A stretch of 64,000 nucleotides of DNA from an uncultured delta proteobacterium (GTDB lineage: Bacteria; Myxococcota; Myxococcia; Myxococcales; Myxococcaceae), in NCBI GenBank assembly GCA_963796055.1, contig CAWCKH010000004.1, forward strand, positions 1,184,001 to 1,248,000, read 5' to 3'. Shown piece by piece: positions 61,098 through 64,000 of this stretch. The position numbers were made by a program, and so were the translations under genes. The notes beneath the pieces are model-generated. The model had not been told where the DNA came from, searched no databases, and saw only the letters and a list, made by a program, of their open reading frames with translations. The first letter of the stretch is position 1. Each line of letters begins with the position of its first letter.

Positions 61098-63323
61098 ATG
61101 TTCGTCGCCCTGGCCCGCGCCGTCTCCCGGCATCGCCTGCTGGTCCTCGCCGGCACCCTCGCGGTGCTGGTGCTGGCGGCGCTGAGCCTGCTCCGCGGCG
61201 GGAGCCTCACCAGCGGGACCATCGAGGGGACCGAGTCCGTCCGGGCGGCGGCGCTGGCCCGCGGTGCCGCCGCTGCCGACACCGACACCAGCGTCGTGGC
61301 GCTCTTCACTCACGCCTCGCTCCCGGCGACGGACCCGGTGTTCCAGGGAGCGCTGGGGCTCCAGCTGGAAAAGGTGAGCGACCGGCCCGAGGTGGAGGGC
61401 GTCGTCTCCCTGCTCAGCGCGCCCGAGCAGGCGCGGGCGCGCTTCATCTCCCGGGACGGAAGGACCGCGCTGGTGCTGGTCCGGCTGAAGGGCGAGGAGA
61501 AGGCGGCGGTTCGCGCCTTCCCGGCGGTGAAGGCGGCGCTGCGCGACGGGCCCTTCCAGGTCGCGGTCACCGGGAAGCCGGCGTTCCTCACCGACCTCAA
61601 CGCCGAGCTGGAGGGTGACCTGCTCCGCGCCGAGCTCCTCTCCTTCCCGCTCGCGCTGGTGGTGCTGATCTGGGTGTTCCGGACCCTGGTCGCCGCGCTG
61701 CTCCCCCTCGTGGTCGGCGGGCTGGCGGTGCTGGCCGGTGTGGCGGCGGTGCTCGCGCTCTCGCACCACCTGGACATGGCCCAGTACACGCTCAACGTGG
61801 TGACCCTGATCGGCCTCGGGGTGGCCATCGATTACTCCCTGTTCATGGTCAGCCGGTTCCGGGCCGAGCTGCTCGCGGGCGCGACGGTGGAGGCCGCGCT
61901 CGAGCGGACCGTGGACACGGCCGGGCGGGCGGTGGCGTTCTCCGGGCTCGCGGTCGCCGTCGGGCTGTCGGGGCTGCTCTTCTACCGGGGCTCCTTCCTC
62001 GCGGCGATGGGGCTGGGAGGCGCGATCGTGGTGGCGTTCGCGGTCCTCTTCGCGCTCACCACCTTGCCGGCGCTGCTGGGCTGGCTCGGCCCGCGGGTGG
62101 ACCTCGGCCGGGTGCCGCTTCCGGAGTTCGGGCTCCGTCCGGGGATGTGGCGCCGGCTGGCGAGCTGGGTGATGGACCATCCCCTCCGGGTGCTCGTGCC
62201 CACCCTGGGCTTCATCGCCCTGCTGGGCTGGCCTTTCTTCCGCCTCCAGACCGCCGGGACGGACATCACCGCGCTGCCCGAATCGGCCGAGTCTCGCCAG
62301 GGAGCGGGGGCGCTGGCGCGTGCCTTCCCCGAGCAGGCCGCGACGCGCATCCTGGTGGCGGTGAGGTTCCCCGGCCCGCCCTTCACGCCCGAGCGGGTCG
62401 GAGCGCTCTACGACGCGACCCGGCGCTGGGCGAAGGTTCCCGGCGTCCTGGGCGTCGAGAGCATCGTGGACCTCGACCCGAACGTGACCCGCGAGCAGTA
62501 CCTCCAGCTCGCCAGCGCGGGGCCGGCGTTTCGCCCGCCGGAGTTCGCGCAGGCGGAGGCCGCGTACCTGCACGACGACGTGGCGGTGGCGGTGGTGCTC
62601 ACCTCGGCGCCGGCCTCGAGCCCGGAAGCCCGGCGACTGGTCCTGGCACTGCGGCAGGACCGCACGGTGGGGGATGGGCAGGCGCTGGTGGGAGGGCAGA
62701 CCGCGAGCGACGTGGACTCCACCGCCTTCATCCTCGGACGGGCGCCGCAGGTGGTGGGCTTCGTGGTGCTGGTCACCCTGGTGGCGCTCTTCGTCCTGCT
62801 CGGCTCGGTGTTGCTCCCGATCAAGGCGGTGGTGATGAACTTCCTCTCCATCGCCGCGAGCTTCGGGGCGCTGGTTTGGATATTCCAGGAAGGTCACCTT
62901 CGCTGGCTGCTCGACTTCCAGCCCGGCCCGCTCGAGCCGGCGCTCCCGGTGCTCCTCTTCTGCACCCTGTTCGGCCTGTCGATGGACTACGAGGTCCTGA
63001 TGCTGTCGCGGATGCGCGAGGAGTGGATCCGCACCCACGACAACCGGCACAGCGTGGCCGAGGGGCTGGAGCAGACCGGGAGCCTCATCACCAGCGCCGC
63101 GGCGATCATGGTCGCGGTGTTCGCCGCCTTCGCCCTGGCCCGCATCCTGGTGGTGAAGGCGATGGGGGTGGGGATGGCGATCGCCGTCGCCCTCGATGCC
63201 ACGCTGGTGCGCGTGCTGATCGTCCCTGCCACCATGCGCCTCTTCCGGGACGCGAACTGGTGGGCGCCGCGGGCACTGCAACGGCTGACCCTGGCGGCAC
63301 ACGGAGAGAGGAGCACCCCATGA
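61098..63323 (+). CDS. MMPL-family transporter
   Basis: GVAIDYSLF, FGLSMDYE, ITSAAAIM, DATLVR...NWWAP. Confidence 0.94.
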   Translation: MFVALARAVSRHRLLVLAGTLAVLVLAALSLLRGGSLTSGTIEGTESVRAAALARGAAAADTDTSVVALFTHASLPATDPVFQGALGLQLEKVSDRPEVEGVVSLLSAPEQARARFISRDGRTALVLVRLKGEEKAAVRAFPAVKAALRDGPFQVAVTGKPAFLTDLNAELEGDLLRAELLSFPLALVVLIWVFRTLVAALLPLVVGGLAVLAGVAAVLALSHHLDMAQYTLNVVTLIGLGVAIDYSLFMVSRFRAELLAGATVEAALERTVDTAGRAVAFSGLAVAVGLSGLLFYRGSFLAAMGLGGAIVVAFAVLFALTTLPALLGWLGPRVDLGRVPLPEFGLRPGMWRRLASWVMDHPLRVLVPTLGFIALLGWPFFRLQTAGTDITALPESAESRQGAGALARAFPEQAATRILVAVRFPGPPFTPERVGALYDATRRWAKVPGVLGVESIVDLDPNVTREQYLQLASAGPAFRPPEFAQAEAAYLHDDVAVAVVLTSAPASSPEARRLVLALRQDRTVGDGQALVGGQTASDVDSTAFILGRAPQVVGFVVLVTLVALFVLLGSVLLPIKAVVMNFLSIAASFGALVWIFQEGHLRWLLDFQPGPLEPALPVLLFCTLFGLSMDYEVLMLSRMREEWIRTHDNRHSVAEGLEQTGSLITSAAAIMVAVFAAFALARILVVKAMGVGMAIAVALDATLVRVLIVPATMRLFRDANWWAPRALQRLTLAAHGERSTP

Positions 63324-64000
63324 ACACCGCCCTGGTCGCGCTGGCTGCCCTCTCGTTGCTCCTCCTGGTCGAGGGGCACGTGCGGCTCAGCCGCGTCCTC
63401 GCCCGGCGCCCGGCACCGCCTCCGTTCCCGGCGACCGCGCCCTCCATCACCGTCATCCGTCCGGTGAAGGGGCTGGACACCGGGGCGGAGGACAACACCC
63501 GCGCCGTTCTGGAGATGGACTACCCGGGGCAGCTCGAGCTGCTCTTCGTCGTCGACTCGGCGGAGGATCCGGCGTACCCGGTCATCCAGCGCCTCATCGC
63601 CGAGCAGCCCACCAGCGCCCGGCGGGTGGAGGTCCTCTTCTCCGGCTCGCCCCCGCAGGGCTGCACCGGGAAGCTGAACGCGATGCTGGTGGGCGTTGCC
63701 GCGGCCACCGGGGAGCTGCTGGCCTTCAACGACTCGGACAGCCGCCCGACGAGAGATCTTCTGGGCCGGCTCGTCTCCGAGCTGCTCGCCCGGCCCGACT
63801 GCGGCTGCACCTTCGTACCGGTGGTGGGCTCGGCCGATGCCCCCACCGCCGGCGACGTGGCCTACGGGCTGCTGATGAATGCCTGGTATGGCCCCACCGT
63901 CGCCTGGGCCGCCGAGCCGAGAGGCGAGCTGGACTTCATCATGGGGCAACTCATGGTGTGCCGGCGCCAGGCTCTCGACGCGGTGGGCGGGGTCGGCGTG
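63320..64000 (+). CDS. GT2 glycosyltransferase (ceramide glucosyltransferase/HpnI-like); runs off the window
   Basis: Manual translation: TM, SITVIRPVKGLD, DYPG, GKLNAM, FNDSD, IMGQLM; ATGA coupling. Confidence 0.82.
   Translation, partial: MNTALVALAALSLLLLVEGHVRLSRVLARRPAPPPFPATAPSITVIRPVKGLDTGAEDNTRAVLEMDYPGQLELLFVVDSAEDPAYPVIQRLIAEQPTSARRVEVLFSGSPPQGCTGKLNAMLVGVAAATGELLAFNDSDSRPTRDLLGRLVSELLARPDCGCTFVPVVGSADAPTAGDVAYGLLMNAWYGPTVAWAAEPRGELDFIMGQLMVCRRQALDAVGGVGV

Overview
High-GC bacterial DNA. Gene content suggests Myxococcota (inference). Many single-base frameshifts point to long-read/MAG errors and/or decay. The left ~20 kb is an accessory zone anchored on a minus-strand tRNA-Phe (19776-19848). 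A tyrosine integrase reads into the antisense strand of this tRNA. Two further copies of the tRNA 3' part (3395-3441, 14778-14824) each carry a remnant integrase tail on the left, and an alternative 16-aa integrase C-terminus plus a conserved arm motif on the right. This looks like a tandem array of related islands joined by attP-like junctions, with only the tRNA-proximal module keeping its integrase. Cargo includes an exported dikinase with glucan-water-dikinase-like domain order beside two class A beta-lactamase-like proteins, a sterol C-24 methyltransferase remnant, a Ser/Thr kinase-DsbA fusion and a perfect 27-bp hairpin. An 83-bp tandem repeat abuts the tRNA promoter. The rest holds gyrA, an M16 peptidase pair, hypAB, an LpoA-like lipoprotein, an RND pump, AmmeMemoRadiSam S/B, a hoxEFUYH+W group 3d hydrogenase, a duplicated LytS/pseudo-kinase/LytTR module, a ScyD/E protein, dnaJ, an MsbA-like ABC transporter, an MMPL transporter and a glycosyltransferase. 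All calls come from motif recognition by eye; no database searches were run.
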